NCBI GenBank assembly: GCA_964555735.1
Contig: CAZKTS010000129.1
Location: forward strand, 624-64,623
Source of the DNA: an uncultured Bifidobacteriaceae bacterium
Lineage (GTDB): Bacteria > Actinomycetota > Acidimicrobiia > IMCC26256 > PALSA-555
Length of the DNA stretch: 64,000 nt
Direction of reading: 5' to 3'
Shown here: positions 27,552-35,925 of the stretch, in pieces
Layout: each line of letters opens with the position of its first letter
Numbering within the stretch: the stretch's first letter is position 1
The notes under the pieces: generated by a model
What the model was told of the DNA's origin: nothing
What the model saw: the letters and a program-made list of their open reading frames with translations, nothing else
Databases searched by the model: none
Translations under genes and position numbers: made by a program

Positions 27552-29111
27552 TTACGAGTGGAGCGACGAGACGACCGCGTGACCGGCGTTGTAGCCGGGG
27601 ATGAAGGTCACGCCCGGGCCGCCGTGACAGCCGGTGCTCGAGAGGAACAGGCCGCCGACGGTGATCGGCCGGTCGATCCAGCCGCGTGGACCCGGACGGA
27701 ACGGCCCCATCATCTCGGGCTGCAGCAGTCCGTGGCAGAAGTCGCCGCCGGTCGCACCGAACATGAGGTCGAAGGTGTACGACGGGTACACGAGCTTGCG
27801 TTCGATGATGTCGGGGAAGTTGGGCGCGACCTCGGCGACGCGCGCGATGACGCGCTCGGTCATCTCGTCGGCCGCGTGGTTCTGCTCCTTCTGGGTGCCG
27901 GTCACCGGGAGGTACATCGCGAACGCGCTGGCTGCGTGCTTGCCCGGTGGCGCGAGCTCCGGGTCGAGCACGCTCGGGATCTGCAACCCGAACGACGGCC
28001 GCGCGGGCACCGCCCCGCGCAGGCACCCCTCGTAGTCGCTCTGCATCACCTCGGGCGGGCTGAAGAAGCTCACCGACGCCCGGTGGGCTCCCTCGTTGAT
28101 GAACGCGAAGTCACCGGTGAACTCGGGGAGACCGTTGAGCGCGAAGTGGATCTGGAGGTACGGCGCGCGGTGATCGATCGCGTCGACCCGAGCGCGGAAG
28201 TCGTCGGTGACGACCTCCGGGTCGAGGAGCTTGGTGAACGTGAGCGTCGGGTCGAGGTTGGAGACGACGACCGGCGCCGTGATCGTCTCGCCATCGACGA
28301 GTCGTACGCCCGTGACCGCGTTGGCGGCGGTGGTGATCTCCTCGACCTTGGCGTGGAGGCGGACCTCGCCACCGGCCTCGACGAAGAGGCGTTGCACGTG
28401 GTCGCAGAGCGCTCCGATGCCGCCCTTGACCTTGTTGACCATCTGCTGGCCGCCGGTCGCCATCGCGAATGCCAGGCAGATGGCGCTCCCGGGCGTATAA
28501 GGCCCGCGGTACGTGGAGTTGACCGAGAGGAACGCGAGCATGCCCCGCAGCACGGCATACCGCTCGCGGTCGGGGAGGTTGCGGTCGATCACGTCCATGA
28601 CCGAGCCGAACATCGCGGTCCGGATCGCGTCGCGCTCCTTCTCGTTGTCCGCGCAGGCGAACATCTCGTCGAGGGTCTTCGGCGCCGTCCGCACCTCGTG
28701 ACGACCGAGTGCGCGGGCCGGCGCCTCGCACCACGCGGCGATCTCGGCCATGCCGAGCACCGCCTCCATCCCGACCGTCTCCATGAGGTGGTTCACCAGC
28801 CGTTCGGGATCGGAGTAGAAGACCATCGGTGCGGAATCCGGGTCGCCAAGATTCACCGACTGCACGTCGGCGGCAAGTGTGCTGATCTCGTCGAGCTGGA
28901 GCGACTCCCAGATCTCGGGCGGCACCGGGAAGAGGACCGATCCCGCGATCTCGTGGCGGTACCCACGAATCAGCTCGGTGGTCGCGGCCATCCCACCCGT
29001 GTACTGGTTCTTCTCGACCACCAGGACCCGAATGCCGTCGCGCGCCATCACCGTGGCGGCGGTCAGACCGTTGTGACCCGCGCCGATGACGATTGCGTCG
29101 TAGTCGGCCAT
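27552..29111 (-). CDS. Phytoene-desaturase-family FAD-dependent oxidoreductase
   Basis: Starts MADYDAIVIGAGHNGLTAA (dinucleotide fold), about 519 aa. The longer ORF extension is translated repeat-element sequence. Confidence 0.85.
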   Translation of the reverse strand: MADYDAIVIGAGHNGLTAATVMARDGIRVLVVEKNQYTGGMAATTELIRGYRHEIAGSVLFPVPPEIWESLQLDEISTLAADVQSVNLGDPDSAPMVFYSDPERLVNHLMETVGMEAVLGMAEIAAWCEAPARALGRHEVRTAPKTLDEMFACADNEKERDAIRTAMFGSVMDVIDRNLPDRERYAVLRGMLAFLSVNSTYRGPYTPGSAICLAFAMATGGQQMVNKVKGGIGALCDHVQRLFVEAGGEVRLHAKVEEITTAANAVTGVRLVDGETITAPVVVSNLDPTLTFTKLLDPEVVTDDFRARVDAIDHRAPYLQIHFALNGLPEFTGDFAFINEGAHRASVSFFSPPEVMQSDYEGCLRGAVPARPSFGLQIPSVLDPELAPPGKHAASAFAMYLPVTGTQKEQNHAADEMTERVIARVAEVAPNFPDIIERKLVYPSYTFDLMFGATGGDFCHGLLQPEMMGPFRPGPRGWIDRPITVGGLFLSSTGCHGGPGVTFIPGYNAGHAVVSSLHS

Positions 29112-29245
29112 GCCCGCTCCTGTCGTTCGACGCCTACGGTCGAGGAAGACATCGATACTGACAGAGCTGAAGGGGTCTGTGCCGAGCGACGCTTCGAGCA
29201 CCTCGGCGGACGTGCGGGGGGTAGTAGTAGGGACGCGAGTAGGGA
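29112..29245 (-). repeat. Decayed third copy of the tRNA-like repeat element (copy C)
   Basis: Retains AGTAGGGA-CGCG-AGTAGGGA (29226..29245), CCCCCGC, and GATGTCTTCCTCGACCGT (compare GAATGTCTTCCTAAACCGT in A/B). The T-arm is degenerate. The element ends at the AGGAG SD/ATG of the oxidoreductase. Confidence 0.6.
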
Positions 29246-29260
29246 AGGTCAGCGCGTGGT

Positions 29261-29659
29261 TCAGTCGAACCGGACGCGTTCGCGGAGCCACTCCGCGAGC
29301 CACGCCTCGTCCACGTCGTGTGCTGCGACTGCGAGCATCGCTGCTTCGGCGTCGTCGACATCGGGCGGGTCCGGATCCCAGGTCCCGTCGTTGAGGTCGA
29401 CGAAGAGGGTGAGCGCTGCCCAGGCCGCGCGCTTGTTGCCGTCGGGCAGCGGATGGTTCCAGGACAGTCGGCAGGCGAGAACTGCTGCCTTGTCGAAGAG
29501 ATCCGGGTAGAAGTCCTCGTCACCGAAGCCGGCGCTGGGTGCGTGGAGCGCAGAGTCCGCGAGCTCGACGCGTGCTGCTTTCAGCAGCACCGTGGCGTTC
29601 GTGCCGGTGACCTGTTCCGCCAGCCAGAAGTACTCGGCCAGCGACAGGTATCGGGTCAC
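29261..29659 (-). CDS. doc: Doc (death-on-curing) / Fic-family toxin
   Basis: 132 aa with HPLPDGNKRAAW (Doc variant of the Fic motif). ATGA overlap with the upstream antitoxin. Confidence 0.85.
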   Translation of the reverse strand: MTRYLSLAEYFWLAEQVTGTNATVLLKAARVELADSALHAPSAGFGDEDFYPDLFDKAAVLACRLSWNHPLPDGNKRAAWAALTLFVDLNDGTWDPDPPDVDDAEAAMLAVAAHDVDEAWLAEWLRERVRFD

Positions 29660-29865
29660 TTCGCGAGTCGGTCCAAGAGCTCCTGGTCGCGCTCGATCAG
29701 CCGCCGGGCGCGCGTGGTGAAGTCCTTGTCCTCCTTGACCTTGGCGATCTCGGCCTCGAGGGACTCGACGATGAGGGCGTTGACGCTGGTGCCGCGCACT
29801 CGGGCGACGGCCTCGGCCTCGTCGGCGAGGTCGTCGGGGAGCCTGACGGTGGTCTGCTTGGCCAT
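29656..29865 (-). CDS. Ribbon-helix-helix antitoxin (Phd/CopG-like)
   Basis: 69 aa. MAKQTTVRLPDDLADEAEAVARVRGTSVNALIVESL is a typical RHH N-terminus. Confidence 0.75.
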   Translation of the reverse strand: MAKQTTVRLPDDLADEAEAVARVRGTSVNALIVESLEAEIAKVKEDKDFTTRARRLIERDQELLDRLAK

Positions 29866-29984
29866 GCAGTCATGCTATCGCGATATCACGAGGCGGGACT
29901 GGGACTGGGGGCCTGGTCTCGTGGTCCCGAAAGCGACCGCGATCGCCGGATGAAGGAACGGGATCAGCGGCGAGGATTGGAGGC

Positions 29985-30233
29985 GTGATGGATGGCCGTC
30001 AACGTCGCCCTTGGCGTGAGCTCCTTGTTCGTTCACTCACCAAGGCTGATCGGTGGGTTGTTCGGCACCCACTGCCGCCAGCGCTGCTCGGGGGAGCCCT
30101 GGCAGGAACCTTCTTCGCGTTCATGACCTCGGCCGCTGCCGGATCCGTGTTCGCGTTGGTCAGCACACTGACGATCTGGTTGGTGATGTCGGCACACAGC
30201 CGACACCAAGAGAAGCCAGGTGGCCTTGAGTGA
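29985..30233 (+). CDS. Small two-TM membrane protein (hypothetical)
   Basis: 82-aa ORF with two hydrophobic stretches. No homology recognised. Confidence 0.35.
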   Translation: MMDGRQRRPWRELLVRSLTKADRWVVRHPLPPALLGGALAGTFFAFMTSAAAGSVFALVSTLTIWLVMSAHSRHQEKPGGLE

Positions 30234-30378
30234 TCCGAACGGTCTCAGATCCGTCAGCCCTCAGCGACGCAGCGCGTGCGCGCGGCGGTTGTCGTGAGTA
30301 CTTGTGGACGGGACGCTACGGACGACGGCCGAGAAGTGCACCCAGCGAACGTGACTACTGCCATCGTGATTGCGTAAT

Positions 30379-30543
30379 GCGCCCCCGGGAGGATTCGAAC
30401 CTCCGCACACGGTTTAGGAAGACATTCCCGACCGTCCAGCCAGACTCATCGCGTCCAGCACGTGTTGTCCTGTCTCAGGGTACGTCCACCTGGCGACATC
30501 GAGTGTCGTAGCGAGCGGGGAGTAGTAGGGACGCGAGTAGGGA
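30379..30543 (-). ncRNA. tRNA-like repeat element copy A (direct repeat + acceptor-like helix + T-arm); function unknown
   Basis: Minus strand reads TCCCTACT-CGCG-TCCCTACT-ACTCCCCG...ACGGT-CGGGAATGTC-TTCCTAA-ACCGT-GTGC-GGAGG-TTCGAAT-CCTCC-CGGGGGCGC. It is homologous along its whole length to 58266..58432. Confidence 0.55.
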
Positions 30544-30572
30544 CGGTCCGTGTTCTATGGGGTTCGGACAGT

Positions 30573-31034
30573 TCACGACCGAACACTCCATGAAGATTCA
30601 TCGGTTCGCGCCGCCGTAGCGGAGGTCTTGCGACCACGACGCGTGATCACTCGTTGGCGCTTTTCGGGAGGACCTTCCGACTCCAGGCGACCGCACCACA
30701 GCGCGCGCTCACCGAGCTCGAGCACCAGGGTGAGATCGAGCCGACGGTTCGCGACCCGTCGTGAGGGCCTTCGGCGCGCTTCGGCGAGCTTTCGGCGTTG
30801 CGGACGCGTGGTCGTCGGCACACGGCCCACGTGGATGCCCGCGCAATATGGGCATTCGTACGGTTCGGCAGACGAGCCGACGATCGGTTGCACGAAGCTG
30901 TTCCACTCGATCGCCTGGTGTGCCTCTTCGAGCGAGGCGTAGGTGTGCTTGCGCCCACAGGCGGACCACTTTCTGCGTCGCTCACGCCGGCTGACCCGGC
31001 TGCTGCTCGGTGCATCCCGCGCGGAGGTGGTCAC
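30573..31034 (-). CDS. Arg-rich Cys/His (zinc-ribbon-like) protein, paralog 1
   Basis: 153 aa from a GTG. Paralog of 60212..60640, differing mainly by synonymous third-position changes. TACGTT (-10-like) lies exactly 7 nt upstream of the GTG and there is no SD, which suggests a leaderless mRNA. Confidence 0.65.
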   Translation of the reverse strand: MTTSARDAPSSSRVSRRERRRKWSACGRKHTYASLEEAHQAIEWNSFVQPIVGSSAEPYECPYCAGIHVGRVPTTTRPQRRKLAEARRRPSRRVANRRLDLTLVLELGERALWCGRLESEGPPEKRQRVITRRGRKTSATAARTDESSWSVRS

Positions 31035-31133
31035 GAGGGGAAACGTAGAAAAGAGGTGAGACACCCAAAGGCGAATGTATGAGGTGCGAACGGCAGTTCC
31101 GACGAGTCGCGTAACACGGGTATATTCCGGACC

Positions 31134-31526
31134 GTGGCAGATGCCCCCTCGACCTACGCGTTCACGAAGCTGGTGGTGCGGGATCTCGACGCGATGACTC
31201 GCTACTACGGCGAGGTCTTCGGTCTCGCCCCCATACAAGAGGTAGAAGCCGAGATCGACGGGGCGCCGATCCGGGAGCGGATCCTGGGCCGCGACGGGTC
31301 CTACGGTGGCCTGATCCTCCTGCAGTGGCTCGAGCGGGCGTCCGCGGCCGAGGGCGAGGTGATCCTCGGGTTCACGACGCCTGACATCGCGGCGCTGTTC
31401 GAGCGTGCGGTGGCGAACGGCGGGTCGGTACGAGAAGCGCCGAAGCCGTCGGACGTCGCGGGCGGCATCGTCGTCGGGTTCCTCAGCGACCCTGAGGGAC
31501 ACCTGGTCGAGGTCGTCGAGCAGTAG
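31134..31526 (+). CDS. VOC/glyoxalase-family protein
   Basis: 130 aa. TKLVVRDLDAMTRYY...DPEGHLVEVV is the typical VOC pattern. Confidence 0.8.
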   Translation: MADAPSTYAFTKLVVRDLDAMTRYYGEVFGLAPIQEVEAEIDGAPIRERILGRDGSYGGLILLQWLERASAAEGEVILGFTTPDIAALFERAVANGGSVREAPKPSDVAGGIVVGFLSDPEGHLVEVVEQ

Positions 31527-31534
31527 CCGCTGAC

Positions 31535-32674
31535 GTGACCCAGACCGAGGCTCCGACGCTCGATCGACGCACGAAGCGCCTCGCCGACGTCGCCGCGACA
31601 TCGCTTGCCGACCTGCTCGATGATCGCCGGTGGGGCGATGACGGCCGAGCGGAGCTTGCGAGGCGCGCCCAGCACGCGCTCGGACTGCCGCCGCTGGCGC
31701 TCGAGGTGGACGGTGAGAGTGCGACCCTCCACGAAGGTTGCGTCGAGCGGGGCGTGCGTACGGGGGCGCTGCGCATCGTCCTCGATCCTGCTCAGCTCTC
31801 GGAGCTCGTCGCCGGCACGAACACGATGTACGGACTCGTGTTCCAAAGCGGCGTCCAGCTTCCGGACGGCGCGATGGGAGACCTCCTGGCCTGGGAGCAT
31901 CCCCTCCGAGCGCTCGTCGACGGTCGGCCCCTCTACGAACCGGGAACGCTCTCGTTCACGCGCGAAGACGGTTCACCTCTCGACCTGACGCGATCGTTCT
32001 CGCCCGAGGATTCCGATGCGGAGATCGCACGGTTCCTCGCCGAGGCTGGGTTCCTCAGGCTGCGCGGGTGGATCGACCCGGACGTGTTGGACCCGATCTC
32101 GAGCGAGGTCGAGGCTGCAGCGGCTGCGGCAACGCGCGACCAACCGCACCGGTGGTGGGCTCGGTTGGATGACGGCACCGAGCGCTGCGTTCGCGTCATG
32201 TACGTGCTCGACGTCTCGCCGACGATGGCGCGCGTCGTCGAGGGCGACGCGTACCGACGGCTCCAGATGCTCTTCGACGACGGCCATCGGAGGTTTCCGG
32301 AACGAGCACAGAGCTCCGAAGCACTGATCAAACCCTTGAACGTGGTGGAAGGCATCACCGAGTTCCCGTGGCACCGCGACTGCTCGTTCGGCGGTCACGA
32401 GTTCCACTGTGCGGGATACGCGGTCGGTCTGCCGTTGAGCGCAACCGATGCTTCGGCCGGCCAGCTGCGCGTCGTCGCGGGGTCGCACCGGGTCTCGGTG
32501 CCGCCGCCGGGAATCGTGGCGGGCTACGAGTCGGATCTGCCGGTCGTCGAGCTGACGACCGAACCGGGTGACCTCACGATCCACATCGGCTGCGTCCTGC
32601 ACGGCACGAGCGCACCGCGCGCCCGGCCCCGCACGGTCGTCTACACGACGTTCTCCTTGCCGGAGCTTGCCTGA
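31535..32674 (+). CDS. Phytanoyl-CoA dioxygenase (PhyH) family Fe(II)/2OG oxygenase
   Basis: 379 aa. WHRD...GSH..., i.e. an HxD...H-like facial triad context. Confidence 0.7.
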   Translation: MTQTEAPTLDRRTKRLADVAATSLADLLDDRRWGDDGRAELARRAQHALGLPPLALEVDGESATLHEGCVERGVRTGALRIVLDPAQLSELVAGTNTMYGLVFQSGVQLPDGAMGDLLAWEHPLRALVDGRPLYEPGTLSFTREDGSPLDLTRSFSPEDSDAEIARFLAEAGFLRLRGWIDPDVLDPISSEVEAAAAAATRDQPHRWWARLDDGTERCVRVMYVLDVSPTMARVVEGDAYRRLQMLFDDGHRRFPERAQSSEALIKPLNVVEGITEFPWHRDCSFGGHEFHCAGYAVGLPLSATDASAGQLRVVAGSHRVSVPPPGIVAGYESDLPVVELTTEPGDLTIHIGCVLHGTSAPRARPRTVVYTTFSLPELA

Positions 32675-33474
32675 TGACCGTCACCCGACGGGCGGTCGGC
32701 GAGCACGTCGTTGAGCTCACGCTGGATCGCCCGGACCGACTGAACGCCATCTCGTTCGACCTGGTCGGGGATCTCCACGACGCGCTCGATGTGGTCGCCG
32801 GTGACGCTGACTGTCGTGTGGTGACGCTGACCGGCGCGGGCCGGGCCTTCTGCGCCGGGCTCGACCTGCGCGACTACGGCACGCCGCCGGAGCCGGGGGA
32901 CCATCCCCACGCACCGGTGGGAGTCGGCGGTCAGGAGTTCCTCGCCGACCTGATGGTGCATCTGCGGGAGCTGCCCCAGATCGTGATCGCGGCGGTGAAC
33001 GGCCCCGCGTTCGGCGGTGGTCTCTCGCTCGCGTGCGCGGCGGACATCCGGATCGCCGGCGAATCCGCTCGGTTCTGCTCGGCGTTCATCCGGACCGGGC
33101 TCAGCGGGACCGATGCCGGCATCAGCGTGCTGCTGCCACAGGTCATCGGGCCCGGTCCCGCCTTCGAGCTCATCGTCACCGGCCGGGAGGTCGACGCGGT
33201 TGAAGCCGCGCGTCTCGGGTTGGTCAGCCGTGTGGTCCGGGACGACGAGCTCACGCAGACGACCGCCCAGGTCGCGGCGTCGATCGCGGCGTACACGTCG
33301 TACGGGCTCACGCTGACGAAGGAAGCGTTCTGGCACAACGCGACTCGCGGCGATCTCCGGGCGGGGATCGCGTTGGAGAACCGCAACCAGCGGCTCGCGA
33401 GTGCGTCGCCCGAAGTGCAGGCGTACATGGCGACCTACGCGAGCCGGCACAAGAAAAAGGGTGACGACCGATGA
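32674..33474 (+). CDS. Enoyl-CoA hydratase/isomerase (crotonase) family
   Basis: 266 aa. LNAISFDL...TGAGRAFCAGLDL...AAVNGPAFGGG. Confidence 0.85.
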   Translation: MTVTRRAVGEHVVELTLDRPDRLNAISFDLVGDLHDALDVVAGDADCRVVTLTGAGRAFCAGLDLRDYGTPPEPGDHPHAPVGVGGQEFLADLMVHLRELPQIVIAAVNGPAFGGGLSLACAADIRIAGESARFCSAFIRTGLSGTDAGISVLLPQVIGPGPAFELIVTGREVDAVEAARLGLVSRVVRDDELTQTTAQVAASIAAYTSYGLTLTKEAFWHNATRGDLRAGIALENRNQRLASASPEVQAYMATYASRHKKKGDDR

Positions 33475-34649
33475 TCATCGACGTCGACTCGCACTGGGAG
33501 GTCGAGCAGTACGGCGGGGACTTCCCGCTCGAGCCGTGGCGCGACCAGCTCCCGCCGGACCGCCTCGCGGGCATCGCGCACGGTGTCGCCGGCGACCTCC
33601 TCGCGGCGCTGCCGGCTGACCGGCGCCCGTCGCCCGCCGAGCTCTTCCCGGGTTTGCTGCAGATCGCGGATCAGACCGGCGGACCAGCCGTCCTCCATCC
33701 CGTCCACGAGTCGTCGGCGCGGGAGCGCACGGAGTGGATGGACTCGGTCGGCATCGATCACTGCCTGGTGAACCCGGGCGCGTGGTGGCAGATGCTCGAA
33801 TACCTCGGCGACGACCGAGCAGCGGGCGCGAGACGGTGCAACGACTTCCTCACCGAGCAGCTCGCCGATCAGGCCGATCGGCTCCATGCGGTCGCCGTGC
33901 TCGACCTCAGCGATCCCGCCGTCGCGGTCGCCGAGCTCGAGCACGCGCGCAGCCGCGGTGCTCGAGCGTTCTTCCTCTACACGGTCAAGGGCAGGCCCCC
34001 GACGAGGGTCTCGCCCGGCCATCCGAGCTGGGATCCGGTGTGGGAAGCAGCGACGCGCCTCGGGATGCTGGCGGTGATCCACGTCGGGAACACCGCGACC
34101 GACTTCGACGGCTGGGCCGACATCGGCTGGGACGAGGAGTCAGGCGCGGGAGTCTCCGGCATCGTCCGCCTCGCGAACACCCAGCGGTGGCACGCCGCGC
34201 AGAACCTCCTCTCCGCGCTGCTCTACGGTGGCGTGTTCGCACGACACCCGTCGCTCACGGTCCTGCTTGCCGAGCTGCGCATCAACTGGGTGCCACCCTT
34301 CCTCGACACGCTCGCGGCGCAGTCGGAGCCGTCGTTCATCCTCGGCGACTGGCCGTGGGCGACCTCCGGTGCCGACATGTTGCGGGACAACGTGCGCGTC
34401 ACGCCCCTTCCGGGCTTCGGCGACCTGCGCCCACTCGACTACGTGCGCGAGGCGCCCGAGACCTTCGTCTTCTCATCGGACTATCCGCACCACGAGGGCA
34501 ACGCCGATCCCATCGCCCTGTACGGCCCCGAGCTGGACGAGCTCGACGTGACGCTGCGCAACGCCTTCCTCGGCGCCAACATCGCCGGCTGCTTCGAGCG
34601 CATGGGCGACCCGCTGGCCTCTGTCCTCGGGGAGGCGCAAGGAATATAA
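33471..34649 (+). CDS. Amidohydrolase-2 (ACMSD-like) family protein
   Basis: 392 aa. MIIDVDSHWE N-terminal metal motif and C-terminal FSSDYPHHEG. Confidence 0.8.
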   Translation: MIIDVDSHWEVEQYGGDFPLEPWRDQLPPDRLAGIAHGVAGDLLAALPADRRPSPAELFPGLLQIADQTGGPAVLHPVHESSARERTEWMDSVGIDHCLVNPGAWWQMLEYLGDDRAAGARRCNDFLTEQLADQADRLHAVAVLDLSDPAVAVAELEHARSRGARAFFLYTVKGRPPTRVSPGHPSWDPVWEAATRLGMLAVIHVGNTATDFDGWADIGWDEESGAGVSGIVRLANTQRWHAAQNLLSALLYGGVFARHPSLTVLLAELRINWVPPFLDTLAAQSEPSFILGDWPWATSGADMLRDNVRVTPLPGFGDLRPLDYVREAPETFVFSSDYPHHEGNADPIALYGPELDELDVTLRNAFLGANIAGCFERMGDPLASVLGEAQGI

Positions 34650-34700
34650 TGATGTTACGAAACAGCGGCCCGACCTGACGCGGCCGCTCGAGGAGGCACC

Positions 34701-35891
34701 GTGCCGATCATCGATGTCGACGCCCACTTCGAGCCTGCCGACGACTGGCTGGACGAGTTCCCGTCGCTGCGGGACCGCCTGCCGGCGCGCTTCCCGACCG
34801 ACGATCCCCGCTTCACGCTGCGGTCGCCCGAGATGTTCGCCTACTTCGTCAGTGATGACCTGCTGCGCGGCGTCCCGCGTGAGCAGCGCATGCCGATCGA
34901 CCGCATCGTCACCGCGGGGATGCGTGAGCTCTACGACCCGAACCGTGGCCCCGAGACCGGCTACCCGGGCTCCGATCAGCACCTGCCGATGCTCGACATC
35001 GATGCTCGCCTTCGGTGGCTCGACGATCAAGGGATCGACGTGCAGAACGTCATCAGCGGCACGGGGTACACGCTGGCGCGATCGATCGCCGACCCCGCAC
35101 TCGGGATGGAGACGTTGACCGCGGTCAACACGTGGATGAGCGAGCGCGCTGCAGCGGCCGGCGGTCGCCTCATGGTCGCAGCGAACCTGCGGTTCGAGGA
35201 CCTGGACTGGGCCATCGAGGAGCTCACCCGCATGCGCGCGAGCGGCAGCCGCACGTTCCTCTTCCCATCGGAGCCCACGGGTGACACGCCGCCGAACCAT
35301 CCCGACTACGACCGCTTCTGGTCGGCCGTCACCGACCTGGGCATGGTCCCGATCGTGCACGTCGGCCTCAGCCCCGCGATCTACCACCCCGCCTGGGCGA
35401 ACACCGACAACGCTTCGATCATCCGTGCGATCTCCGTCCTGCAACCCGCGCAGCAGGCGCAGGTGTTCCTCAACGCGATGGTGCTCGGCGGCGTCTTCGA
35501 ACGACACCCGAACCTCACCATCGTGTTCGCCGAGCACGGCATCGACTGGATCACCGCGACGACGTTCCGCATGGACGTGCTCGCCTCTCCGGGCGTGAGC
35601 ACGCTGGTGATCCCCGACTACGCGCTGCCGCTGACACCCGTGGAGTACGTCCAGCGCAACGTCCGGGTCACGCCCCTCCCGGTCGCCCATGAGTCGCCGG
35701 TCGAGACGTTCGAGTATCTCCCGACCGTCCCGATCTTCTCCTCCGACTATCCGCACTTCGAGGGCAGCGGTGATCCGATCGGCCACTACGCGAAGGAGCT
35801 GGCGCCATTGGGCGACGACGTGTTGGCGTCGTTCGAAGGCGAGAACCTCGCTGGATGCTTCGCCCGGATGGGTGACCCGATCGCCGCCTGA
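34701..35891 (+). CDS. Amidohydrolase-2 (ACMSD-like) family protein
   Basis: 396 aa. MPIIDVDAHFE and FSSDYPHFEG. Paralogous architecture to the preceding gene. Confidence 0.8.
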   Translation: MPIIDVDAHFEPADDWLDEFPSLRDRLPARFPTDDPRFTLRSPEMFAYFVSDDLLRGVPREQRMPIDRIVTAGMRELYDPNRGPETGYPGSDQHLPMLDIDARLRWLDDQGIDVQNVISGTGYTLARSIADPALGMETLTAVNTWMSERAAAAGGRLMVAANLRFEDLDWAIEELTRMRASGSRTFLFPSEPTGDTPPNHPDYDRFWSAVTDLGMVPIVHVGLSPAIYHPAWANTDNASIIRAISVLQPAQQAQVFLNAMVLGGVFERHPNLTIVFAEHGIDWITATTFRMDVLASPGVSTLVIPDYALPLTPVEYVQRNVRVTPLPVAHESPVETFEYLPTVPIFSSDYPHFEGSGDPIGHYAKELAPLGDDVLASFEGENLAGCFARMGDPIAA

Positions 35892-35925
35892 CAGTCACGC
35901 GCCGCCTGGCGGCGGCGCGCTGTGC

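Noticed and set aside
30230-30942. ORFs 30230..30511+, 30446..30637- and 30550..30942+ crossing element A
   Set aside because: No frame is conserved between copies A and B (stop in A where B has GTG). The translations are low-complexity. The plus-strand ORF is antisense to the selected Arg-rich gene.
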